Assembly (NCBI RefSeq): GCF_001194135.2
Contig: NC_068985.1
Location: 82,884,748 to 82,932,587, forward strand
Direction of reading: 5' to 3'
DNA length: 47,840 nucleotides
From: Octopus bimaculoides
Taxonomy: Eukaryota
Positions 38,093-47,840 of the stretch are shown in pieces. The notes under the pieces are model-generated. The model was not told the origin of the DNA. It did no database searches and was given only the letters and a program-made list of their open reading frames with translations. Position numbers and translations under genes: made by a program. Positions within the stretch are counted from its first letter, which is position 1. Each line of letters starts with the position of its first letter.

Positions 38093-38845
38093 TTATCATC
38101 CTCATTGTCATTGTCATCAATATCATCATCATTGTCATTGTCATCATTATCATCACCATTGTCATTGTCATCATTATCATCATCATTGTCATTGTCATCA
38201 TTGTCATTGTCATCATTATCATCATCATTGTCATTGTCATCATTGTCATTGTCATCATTATCATCATCATTGTCATTGTCATCATTATCATCACCATNNN
38301 NNNNNNNNNNNNNNNNNNNNNNNNNNNNNNNNNNNNNNNNNNNNNNNNNNNNNNNNNNNNNNNNNNNNNNNNNNNNNNNNNNNNNNNNNNNNNNNNNNNN
38401 NNNNNNNNNNNNNNNNNNNNNNNNNNNNNNNNNNNNNNNNNNNNNNNNNNNNNNNNNNNNNNNNNNNNNNNNNNNNNNNNNNNNNNNNNNNNNNNNNNNN
38501 NNNNNNNNNNNNNNNNNNNNNNNNNNNNNNNNNNNNNNNNNNNNNNNNNNNNNNNNNNNNNNNNNNNNNNNNNNNNNNNNNNNNNNNNNNNNNNNNNNNN
38601 NNNNNNNNNNNNNNNNNNNNNNNNNNNNNNNNNNNNNNNNNNNNNNNNNNNNNNNNNNNNNNNNNNNNNNTCATTGTCATTGTCATCATTATCATCATCA
38701 TTGTCATCATTATCATCATCATTGTCATTGTCATCATTATCATCATCATTGTCATTGTCATCATTATCATCATCATTGTCATCATTATCATCATCATTGT
38801 CATTGTCATCATTATCATCATCATTGTCATTGTCATCATTATCAT
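38093..38845. repeat. (CAT)/(TGT)-derived minisatellite (27-nt unit with 18/21-nt variants), interrupted by a 373-N gap (38298-38670)
   Basis: TGTCATTGTCATCATTATCATCATCAT units on both sides of the gap. Confidence 0.92.
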
Positions 38846-38974
38846 TAGTGTTGTTGGTGCGGAAATTAAAAAGAGTATTGTACTAGAATGTGAAGTTATC
38901 GTTTATATAGTTGATGTAGTAAATCAAGAACTTAAATTTTTTTAAAATTACAACTTCACTGTTGATAATAGTCA

Positions 38975-39330
38975 TTATCATCATCATCATTATCATTTAA
39001 TATCTGTTTCCCATGCTGGCATGGATTGGACAGTTTGACCAGAAACTGGTAAGCTGGGGAGCTGCACTAGGTTCCAGTCTGATTTGGCATGGTTTCTACA
39101 GTTGGATGCCCTTCCTAATGCTAACCACTCCACGTGTGTAGTGGGTGCTTTTTACATGCCACCAGCAATGGTTACAACTACGATATCACTTGGTTTGACA
39201 GGTCTTCTCAAGCACGGTGGATTGCCAAAGATCTCAGTCACTTATCACAGCCACTGTGAGGCCCAAAGTTTGAAGGATGCTTTTTTCACGCCATCAGCAT
39301 GGGTGCCAGGTATGCGACACTGGCATTATA
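38975..39330 (-). mobile_element. (GAT)n-tailed SINE/RTE-tail element, longer variant
   Basis: CATCATCATTATCATTTAATATCTGTTTCCCATGCTGGCATGGATTGG...GGATGCCCTTCCTAATGC...GGTCTTCTCAAGCAC. Confidence 0.8.
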
Positions 39331-39534
39331 TATAAATGATTAATTCTAATAAAAAAAATTGGGGGGAAACAACCTGAGAACTGAGAAGCCAATACTTCTT
39401 ACAATAGCTTACAACACCATTTCTATAGAGATTTCTTGAAGAAAGAGTCCTAACTCTGTAAAATTGACATACAAAGTAAAAGTATAAACCATTGACTTGC
39501 ATATTTCTTATAACTTGCATTGTTTTGGCTTTAG

Positions 39535-39765
39535 ATCATGGGTTCAATTCCCAGACTAGGCAGTGCGTTGTGTTCTTGAGCTAAACACTTCATTTCACGT
39601 AGCTCCAGTAACTCTTCTCGATCAAGGTGGGGAGAATGTTGGCCTGTTTGCCTAGCCAGTGGAGTGGTGCCATTTGAAGGCTAAAGCAATACAAAAATCG
39701 CATTGTGACCAGCGATGTGTAACAACATCTGATAGCCTGGTTGGTCACATGATCACATGATATGT
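39535..39765 (+). mobile_element. SINE with family-D-like head and a different body
   Basis: GGGTTCAATTCCCAGACTAGGCAGTGCGTTGTGTTCTTGAGCTAAACACTTCATTTCACGTAGCTCCAG matches the D head, then diverges; ends GGTCACATGATCACATGATATG. Confidence 0.7.
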
Positions 39766-40036
39766 TAGACAATACTTCGTGCAGACTCTACTTATTAAAG
39801 TTCGTTAAAATGCAGTTGTAGCTGTGTGATAAAGAAGTTTGCAATGCAACTATATAGTATGAGATTTAGTTCAGCACTGGACATTTTCTGTAAGAGACTA
39901 AGGCAGACTAATTCTTTACAAGTGAATTTAGTAAATGGAAACTGTGCAGAAGCTTGATTGTGTGTATGTATTTATCTTTAAGTTTCTGTTTGTCACTTCT
40001 CCATTTGACAAATGGAGAATTGTATCCCTGTAACCT

Positions 40037-40079
<43 letters not shown>

Positions 40080-40088
<9 letters not shown>

Positions 40089-40225
40089 TATATATAGAAC
40101 AGGCTTGTTTCAGCTTCCATCTACCAAACCCACTTTCAAGTCTTTGGTTGGCCCGAGGCTATAGAAGACATTTGCCCAAGGTGCCAGAGCCATGTTGTTG
40201 TGAAGCAAGCTTCTTATCACACAAC
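40080..40225 (-). mobile_element. SINE family A 5' part
   Basis: CAGCTTCCATCTACCAAACCCACTTTCAAGTCTTTGGTTGGCCCGAGGCTATAGAAGACATTTGCCCAAGGTGCC. Confidence 0.75.
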
Positions 40226-40475
40226 TATTTATAATAGTTATTTACAGTTAATAATAATAATAATAATAATAATATAATAATAATATGTTTGATTACAGAT
40301 TTCCTACAGACCAATCACTGCATTTTTTATGCAGAGAATGTTTAGTGAGCTTCTGTAACACTAATCATGCTCAAAGCACACCATTATTTTTTACTGTTGT
40401 CCAACATTTTTGCAGATATTTATCTGCAAAACATATACACAAACCTTCAGGTATCACAATCACACATGCTTCTCC

Positions 40476-41003
40476 TTTGTTATTTCATAGAATATCTTCT
40501 TCGTTTCAAAACGAAGTATTTGTGAATTTCTTCATGACTTAGAGGAAGAGAGATTACTACTATTTACTGATCCCTTCAAGCCCCTGTGTTTTATCCCTAC
40601 ATAATACAATCTCCCAGAGAATAAATTACACAAGCATGCTTTTTGCTTTGAAGACAGCAATTAAGTTAGTTTTAACATATTTCATGCAGGGTATGTTAAA
40701 ATACTAATTAAACATTATTTGTGTTATATCAGTGAATACAAGAGATAACTCCAAACTTGTTCCTACCTTATTAAATCTCTTCAGCAATAAAAAAAGGAGC
40801 CCTTTTGGTTATGAATGACCATGGGATTGCACCTAGAAAGTTATCACCTGAGGCACAAATCCATGCAAGGTTGTTTATGGAAGACCAGCAGTTGTCCATG
40901 CATACCAGCCTCCTCTTTCCATACCACTGATGTTATCCAAGGCAAAGGCCGATACAGCCTGGAAACAGTGATGTAGCAGCTCATTTCTATAGCTGAGCGA
41001 ACT
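40476..41003 (+). repeat. Local duplication copy 2 (SINE D portion truncated at about 41003)
   Basis: Direct match to 36134-36658. Confidence 0.95.
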
Positions 41004-41143
41004 TTCCAGGAAATCCCATCCCCAGAACTTTCCAGGAATTAGCTCATCCTCTGAACTTTCCAGGAAACCCTCAGAACTTTCCATGAAGTCCAATCCGCAG
41101 AACTATTCCAGAAGTAATTCCTCCCCCACCTCAGAACTTTCCA
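40999..41143. repeat. Array of 6 GAACTTTCCA(G/T)G motifs with variable spacers (periods 26, 28, 21, 26, 34)
   Basis: Motif starts at 40999, 41025, 41053, 41074, 41100 and 41134. Confidence 0.9.
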
Positions 41144-42002
41144 TAGCAGCCAAATCTCCCTCAAATCTCCCTACTGTATTAATGCGACAATTCTGCGTAT
41201 TATGTAGTTTGAATGAGAAACTGTAAGGTGTATGAGCAACTGGTTGTGTTAATGGTCGAAGAAAGGGGAATTGCATTAGAAAAAGTTTTAATCGCTGTTC
41301 TCGGTATGTATGGGGGTAGGAAAAAATAGAAGAGGCATTAAGAAGTTGACGTTAAGAATTGCTTTAACAGAAAATGAAGCTGTAAGAATTAATGGGGAAA
41401 TTGTTTGTAAGAATTAATATAAGACATATCCAATTTGAGAAATGTGAAGATAAAAGCTAAGTGAAGAAGTATGGAATAAGTAATTGTAGAAAAACAATTT
41501 ATATTATAGAATAGATACATACCTGTTGTGAGAGCTTATTGTATTGGACGTGTGTATAATCATAGAGAAAGTGAAAGACATATGAAATGGACGTGTGTGT
41601 GTATGTGTGCATGTGTTTTTTGCGGCTAATTTGGCGGGAGTTATGCAGTCAGCAGGAGGTGGTTTGTGTTTTATCTCTCGATCAATAGCTGGACAAGTGA
41701 AAATATTTTTTTAATATGTGTTTTGGGGAAAGGGGATCTTTTGAACTGGGCGTCAAATGAAAAGAGACATGGACAGTTTTATGACTGAACTTCTTTTGAA
41801 TCTGGCGTAAGAGGAAAGAATTGAAGTGCGTGCATATGTCTGTTTGTGTGTGTGTGTATGTTTGATGGGGTGTGCGAAACAGAGAGAATAATGTTAATGG
41901 TGTGTGTGTATATGAGAGAGAAAGAAAGAAAGAGAGAGATGACTGAAATTTTTCCATTCAGTTTTTGTAGTGAGTGAATGTGTGTGATTGACAGACAAAA
42001 AC

Positions 42003-42038
<36 letters not shown>

Positions 42039-42104
42039 TAATTATGTATGTATGAATGGCTTCAGTGACACACACTCACATACACGCACACATGCAGGTT
42101 GTTT

Positions 42105-42262
42105 TAATTGATTTTCTCGGTAACTATGGGGACTAGGAAAAAGTATAAAGTGTGTTCTAATCTATGCACCCGTCTCCACATGTGTGCCATTTTTCACACA
42201 AATCCACCCAGCCATTTGGCCGTGAACCTCGAGACAAGAAAGAATACAACGGTCGCCCATGT
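42105..42262 (-). mobile_element. Unclassified interspersed repeat (homologous to 45145-45302)
   Basis: Reverse complement TATTCTTTCTTGTCTCGAGGTTCACGGCCAAATGGCTGGGTGGATTTG...TTTTCCTAGTCCCCATAGTTACCGAGAAAATC aligns at about 75% with 45160-45300. Confidence 0.75.
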
Positions 42263-42300
42263 TCAATTTATATTATAGATGTATGTGTGTATATATATAA

Positions 42301-42340
<40 letters not shown>

Positions 42341-42371
42341 GTGTGTGTGTGTGTGTATGTGTGTGTGTGTG

Positions 42372-42408
<37 letters not shown>

Positions 42409-42410
42409 CG

Positions 42411-42441
42411 CAGTAATCCCTCGATTATCGCATGTGTTACA
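42411..42441 (+). mobile_element. Left terminus of a pogo/Tigger-like element running into a gap
   Basis: CAGTAATCCCTCGATTATCGCATGTGTTACA resembles Tigger-type TIRs (CAGTAATCCCTCG..TATCGCG); the other end is hidden by the gap. Confidence 0.6.
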
Positions 42442-43298
42442 NNNNNNNNNNNNNNNNNNNNNNNNNNNNNNNNNNNNNNNNNNNNNNNNNNNNNNNNNNN
42501 NNNNNNNNNNNNNNNNNNNNNNNNNNNNNNNNNNNNNNNNNNNNNNNNNNNNNNNNNNNNNNNNNNNNNNNNNNNNNNNNNNNNNNNNNNNNNNNNNNNN
42601 NNNNNNNNNNNNNNNNNNNNNNNNNNNNNNNNNNNNNNNNNNNNNNNNNNNNNNNNNNNNNNNNNNNNNNNNNNNNNNNNNNNNNNNNNNNNNNNNNNNN
42701 NNNNNNNNNNNNNNNNNNNNNNNNNNNNNNNNNNNNNNNNNNNNNNNNNNNNNNNNNNNNNNNNNNNNNNNNNNNNNNNNNNNNNNNNNNNNNNNNNNNN
42801 NNNNNNNNNNNNNNNNNNNNNNNNNNNNNNNNNNNNNNNNNNNNNNNNNNNNNNNNNNNNNNNNNNNNNNNNNNNNNNNNNNNNNNNNNNNNNNNNNNNN
42901 NNNNNNNNNNNNNNNNNNNNNNNNNNNNNNNNNNNNNNNNNNNNNNNNNNNNNNNNNNNNNNNNNNNNNNNNNNNNNNNNNNNNNNNNNNNNNNNNNNNN
43001 NNNNNNNNNNNNNNNNNNNNNNNNNNNNNNNNNNNNNNNNNNNNNNNNNNNNNNNNNNNNNNNNNNNNNNNNNNNNNNNNNNNNNNNNNNNNNNNNNNNN
43101 NNNNNNNNNNNNNNNNNNNNNNNNNNNNNNNNNNNNNNNNNNNNNNNNNNNNNNNNNNNNNNNNNNNNNNNNNNNNNNNNNNNNNNNNNNNNNNNNNNNN
43201 NNNNNNNNNNNNNNNNNNNNNNNNNNNNNNNNNNNNNNNNNNNNNNNNNNNNNNNNNNNNNNNNNNNNNNNNNNNNNNNNNNNNNNNNNNNNNNNNNN
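42442..43298. other. Assembly gap (857 N)
   Basis: N run. Confidence 1.
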
Positions 43299-43910
43299 AC
43301 CACCACCACCACCACCACCACCACCACCTTCATCTTGCATTCTTTACATGTTGATAAAACTGCAGTGATGTCGATGTTTGGCACCGATAATATTGGTAAA
43401 GCATTGAACTTAAGCTTCTTTATATGATCATGACTATGTCAAGTTCTTGATAGATAGAAGCCGTGCATATATTTTTACATAATTCAATTAAAGTTTATCA
43501 TGGTGTGTGTCTTAAAAGAGAGCTAATTCCATTATGTAGAGCACTATTACTTGCTGCAGTGTATATACAGATACTTATATACTGTGCTTTATGTTCGTGC
43601 ATGTGTTTTGTGTGTGTGTGTGTGCACATGGTTATGTGTGTGTGTGAGTGTGTGTGATTGTGTATGTGTAAATGGGATAGTGAGGTTTTCTGCATATGAC
43701 ACAGAGATAAATGGAAAGAAGAGACATGGTGTGTGTGTGTGTGTGTGTGTGTGTGTTTAGCTATACTATCAATGGGATTTAGAAGTTTTGAAATATAGTG
43801 CTCTGGTATAATGTGAATTGGGTCAAAATTATATAAAAATACAGAAAATGTTCATTAGATTTGTGTGTGTATGACAACTCACACACACACACACATACAC
43901 ACACACAGAC

Positions 43911-43949
<39 letters not shown>

Positions 43950-44027
43950 GTACTGTTCTGTGATAGAAAATTCAACAAGAAATGTACTCCATCTGTTTGT
44001 ATGTAAATGTGTGCATGTGTGTGTGTT

Positions 44028-44184
44028 TGTAGCTGTGTGGTAAAAAGTTTGCTTCTCAATCTCATGCGTTCAGGTTCAGTTTTGTTGCACATAAGGCAAG
44101 TGTCTACAACTTTATATAGAATCCTGCCAGACCAAAGCCTGGTGAATGGATTTGGTTGACAAAAACTAAAAGAAGCTCATTGCA

Positions 44185-44185
<1 letters not shown>
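44028..44185 (+). mobile_element. SINE family A 5' part
   Basis: GTAGCTGTGTGGTAAAAAGTTTGCTTC...CCAAAGCCTGGTGAATGGATTTGGTTGACAAAAACTAAAAGAAGC. Confidence 0.75.
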
Positions 44186-44217
<32 letters not shown>

Positions 44218-44220
44218 TAT

Positions 44221-44415
44221 GATTGACCGTTGACTGAACACTATTCAAATTTTTTTTCTCCGTGTTTTTCTCCTTGTCTCCGTATTCTTTCTGTTGAAGA
44301 GCGAAGCTCGAAACGTCAAAGACTTTCCGTATTCCCGAGCGTCATACTAATATATACTTTTGTTATTTACACCACCTGTCTTCGTCTGTTGTTATTATTT
44401 GTATATTCTCCCATA
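44221..44415 (+). mobile_element. Penelope-like element 3'/pLTR fragment containing a hammerhead-like motif, ending TTCTCCCATA in (TA)n
   Basis: CpG-rich (young) segment between (TA)n tracts, with a GAAGAGCGAAGCTCGAAACG motif typical of PLE ends. Confidence 0.65.
44286..44322 (+). ncRNA. Minimal type-I hammerhead ribozyme-like motif (CUGUUGA core)
   Basis: TCTTT-CTGTTGA-A-GAGC-GAA-GCTC-GAAA-C-GT-C-AAAGA: perfect 5-bp stem I, 4-bp stem II, loopless palindromic ACGT stem III, GUC site at 44315-44317. Confidence 0.7.
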
Positions 44416-44420
44416 TATAT

Positions 44421-44792
44421 NNNNNNNNNNNNNNNNNNNNNNNNNNNNNNNNNNNNNNNNNNNNNNNNNNNNNNNNNNNNNNNNNNNNNNNNNNNNNNNN
44501 NNNNNNNNNNNNNNNNNNNNNNNNNNNNNNNNNNNNNNNNNNNNNNNNNNNNNNNNNNNNNNNNNNNNNNNNNNNNNNNNNNNNNNNNNNNNNNNNNNNN
44601 NNNNNNNNNNNNNNNNNNNNNNNNNNNNNNNNNNNNNNNNNNNNNNNNNNNNNNNNNNNNNNNNNNNNNNNNNNNNNNNNNNNNNNNNNNNNNNNNNNNN
44701 NNNNNNNNNNNNNNNNNNNNNNNNNNNNNNNNNNNNNNNNNNNNNNNNNNNNNNNNNNNNNNNNNNNNNNNNNNNNNNNNNNNNNNNNNNNN
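44421..44792. other. Assembly gap (372 N)
   Basis: N run. Confidence 1.
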
Positions 44793-44844
44793 ATATATAT
44801 GATGATGATGATGATATATATATATATATATATATATATATCTT

Positions 44845-44967
44845 TAGAGGCAATTATGTGGATAAACAAATTAATACATTATATATATCAAATATATTAA
44901 ATATAATAGTTTAGGTATTTAATATATTTAATGTATGTAATTTGTTTATCAGCATAACTTACCTCTA
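44845..44967. repeat. Short fold-back element (about 120 bp), TAGAGG...CCTCTA
   Basis: AGAGGCAATTATGTGGATAAACAAATTAATACATT versus reverse complement of AATGTATGTAATTTGTTTATCAGCATAACTTACCTCT; inner perfect 14-bp inverted repeat AAATATATTAAATA/TATTTAATATATTT around a 12-nt loop. Confidence 0.88.
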
Positions 44968-45144
44968 TACCTGCCCATCTTGATTCTTCTTATAGTCTTT
45001 CTTTGCCTTGTGGAATGTTCCCCTGTAAAGACATAGGAAACTAAGTTTGAATCATTTGAGCAGTGCTGTCTTCTATATGGAGAACCTCTGTCTATCTATC
45101 TTTCTATATGTCTGTCTGTCTGTCTATCTATATATTTATACATA

Positions 45145-45302
45145 TAAGTTTGACATGCGCTATTCTTTCTTGCCTTGGAATTCATGGTCAAAATGCTGGG
45201 TGGAATTGCTTGAAGAATTACACAGATGTGTAGAATGATCCAGCGGTGATGCTGGGCTTTGTATCTTTTCATAGCTCCCGTGGTTACTGAGATAATCTAC
45301 CA
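45145..45302 (+). mobile_element. Unclassified interspersed repeat (homologous to 42105-42262, opposite strand)
   Basis: See partner feature. Confidence 0.75.
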
Positions 45303-45771
45303 TAATAATACTCTTGTGTTTATAAATTAGAAAAGAAGGGGTGATAGATGAATAAGGAAGGAAGGGGTGATGTGATACTTGGTAGTGGGATGATGAAAAT
45401 TGTACACTGAAGAAATAAATCAAAGAGCGTTTCAACTCTGTGTGAATATATGTGTGTGTATGTAAAAGTGGGTATGTGAATGTGTGTGTATGTGCGTGTG
45501 TGTTTGTGTGTGTGCATGTGCACATGCAATGGAAGTGGGATGGCTCATCTTTGTTCGTTTAGTATTTGGGTTTATTTATTTTTTTGATTTGGTTGAATTG
45601 TGGCTGATCTCTTTTTTTGTGGTCAGTTATTTTTAGTGTTTTGACAGAAAAAAGTCATTCTAAAATTGTTTTTTAACATAAGCGTGCCCAAACAAGTCGA
45701 ATGCTTACACAGAGCAGGTTTTACAGCCACATCATCCAAACCGACTGGGTGAAACCGGACTTAGCTGCTAG

Positions 45772-45806
<35 letters not shown>

Positions 45807-45816
45807 NNNNNNNNNN
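45807..45816. other. Assembly gap (10 N)
   Basis: N run inside (CA)n. Confidence 1.
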
Positions 45817-45871
<55 letters not shown>

Positions 45872-46239
45872 CATGTATATATGTATTGAGAGTATATGTG
45901 CGTCTATGTGTGAGACAGTCTCCTTTCCTTGACTTCATATTATCATAAACAAGTGTCACGATTTATGAAAACAGTGTCATTTGTTTCCATTCTTCCATGA
46001 AAACATGTCTGGTCATGTGGAAATACAACCTTAGTTAGAAACAGATGAGGGTTATTGACAGGAAGGGCTACATCACAACAAATTATGTCTGACCCATTGA
46101 AGTAGGTAAAAATAGACATATATATTTTAAGCTACCCCATATGAGATGTTCAAGTAACAAATAAAGAGTTAATTGGTGGCAGTAGGAGAATTAAAATAAG
46201 CATCTATCATTGTCACTCTTTTTCCTCTATGGACAACCA

Positions 46240-46447
46240 AAACCTTGTGAGTGGATTTTGTAGACAGAAACTGAAGGAAGCCTGTTGTATATGTGTGTGT
46301 GTTAGGAAGGGCATCCAGCTGCAGAAACCATCCTAAAACAGACAATTGGTGACTGGACTGCTCTCTGGCTGGTCAGGTCCAGTCAAACCATCCAACCCAT
46401 GCCAGCATGGAAAACAGATGTTACATGATGATGATGATGATGATGAT
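46240..46447 (+). mobile_element. SINE: family-A mid segment joined to the (GAT)n tail module
   Basis: CCTTGTGAGTGGATTTTGTAGACAGAAACTGAAGGAAGCC...TTAGGAAGGGCATCCAGC...CCAACCCATGCCAGCATGGAAAACAGATG...(GAT)n. Confidence 0.8.
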
Positions 46448-46681
46448 TGTCTTGACATTGTTTGGAAGTTGTAAATGTTTGTCATTGTCATACAAGCTGT
46501 TTCATTCATTTCCCATTTTCTGCAAGAATATGTTTGGTTATGGCAAAATATTATCTTGCTTGGAAACAAGTGAGACAATTGCCAGGATGAGCATCAGGCT
46601 GCAAAAAATTTGCTTCAAATGAACTCTATTCAACCCATACAAACATGGAATGTAGACATTGCATGACAGTGATGATGATGT

Positions 46682-46712
<31 letters not shown>

Positions 46713-47189
46713 GATATACATTTGTTACATAAGCATATATATGTTGATGAATATATACATATATATATATATATATGTATACACACATGTGCACGCCTAC
46801 ATGAAAGCATACACGTACAATCCAAGAATTGTAAACTCTTTCATGTCAGCTAATGGACATTGCAAAATAGTAGTTCATATTTACCCTACTGGAATGACTC
46901 TGAGAGAAATTAATTCAAATTGAAATTTGTTGCATGCAAGATTTTTTTATGTTGCATGTCGATTCTAGAACTCACACACACACACACACACACCTGCTTT
47001 CTCATTGTTGTTATCATCTGTTTGGCACCAAAATTAACCTTCTCACTCATTAACAACATCAACACAACATGGAGAAAGCCCTGAATTGGGGGGAAATTCA
47101 AATGCTCAGGCCTGAAAAACTATTCTAGATACTGGTATGTATACATACATACAGATAGACAGACAGACATGCAAACAGACAGACAGGTC

Positions 47190-47395
47190 ATCATTATCAT
47201 CATCATCATCATCATCATAATTTAACATGTTTTCCATGCTGGCATAGATTAGATCCTTTGACAGGAGCTTGCAAGCAAGGGGGCTGTGCCAAGCAAGGGG
47301 GCTGTGCCAAGCAAGGGGGCTGTGCCAAGCAAGGGGGCTGTGCCAAGCCCATTTTCAGATTTGGCATGGTTTCTATGGCTGGACACCCTTCCTTA
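47190..47395 (-). mobile_element. (GAT)n-tailed SINE containing an internal 18-bp minisatellite
   Basis: (CAT)n, TTTAACATGTTTTCCATGCTGGCAT...GATTTGGCATGGTTTCTATGGCTGGACACCCTTCCT. Confidence 0.85.
47273..47348. repeat. Perfect 18-bp minisatellite (AAGCAAGGGGGCTGTGCC) x 4.2
   Basis: Units at 47273, 47291, 47309 and 47327. Confidence 0.97.
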
Positions 47396-47550
47396 TCACA
47401 CACACACACACACAAACACACACATACGTATGTACATACACATACTCATGCATACATATATATGAAATTGAAAGAAAATGCAAAGAAAAGGACTTTATTA
47501 AGAAATTCAAACCCATTCTTAACAAACAATGATTAAATCCATCTTGCTTG

Positions 47551-47766
47551 GTGTTTAAAAATCTTATCCCTGTAACCAAAACACAAAAAATCTCTCAGAT
47601 ATCATCATTTCTATAAATAGATTTGGCATCATTTCTAAGAACAGCCAAACACCTACTGGGGTTTAAAAATCTTATCCCTACAACCCACACAAAACAATAA
47701 ATTAAAATATCATCATTTCTAAAAATAGATTTGACATCAATTCTAAAAATAGCCAAACACCTACTG
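47551..47766 (+). repeat. Tandem duplication, 108-bp period, 2 copies
   Basis: GTTTAAAAATCTTATCCCT at 47553 and 47661; ATCATCATTTCTA.AAATAGATTTG.CATCA.TTCTAA.AA.AGCCAAACACCTACTG in both. Confidence 0.92.
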
Positions 47767-47840
47767 CTGCTGTCCAAAGGAATTGGTATAAAAGACAGAA
47801 AACCAGCCAACTTATTACAGTCTGTTAAAGTCTGTCATAC

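Noticed and set aside
40999-41143. CRISPR-like appearance of the repeat-spacer array
   Set aside because: The repeat is only 10-12 nt, spacers 9-22 nt, there are no cas genes, and the context is eukaryotic; kept as a motif array instead.
45160-45302. Protein-like ORF MVDYLSNHGSYEKIQSPASPLDHSTHLC... as an exon
   Set aside because: The region is homologous to the repeat at 42105-42262, so it is an interspersed repeat.

Overview
AT-rich, microsatellite-saturated animal genomic DNA with eight N gaps. It is most consistent with an octopus/coleoid cephalopod intron or intergenic region (inferred from the SINE families and microsatellite density). No host protein-coding gene can be supported: nearly all ORF-track entries are translations of microsatellites or N runs. 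What can be supported is a dense mobile-element landscape: more than 20 tRNA-headed or (GAT)n-tailed SINE copies, a near full-length decayed mariner transposase (8.9-9.95 kb, minus), an RTE reverse-transcriptase fragment, three 3' ends of restriction-like-endonuclease (R4/Dong/CRE-type) non-LTR retrotransposons sitting in (TAA)n or (TACA)n repeats, and several MITE-like elements. The most interesting signals are: (i) two minimal type-I hammerhead-ribozyme-like motifs (29015-29054, 44286-44322), each with a one-nucleotide core deviation, in Penelope-like ends abutting (TA)n tracts, plus a decayed third; (ii) four separate fold-back (inverted-repeat) elements, some sharing a terminus with the hammerhead-bearing element; (iii) an array of a fixed GAACTTTCCAGG motif with variable spacers (41.0-41.15 kb); (iv) a 525-bp local duplication with a 117-bp identical core containing a splice-bounded 39-nt segment. 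All alignments, translations and folds were done by eye.
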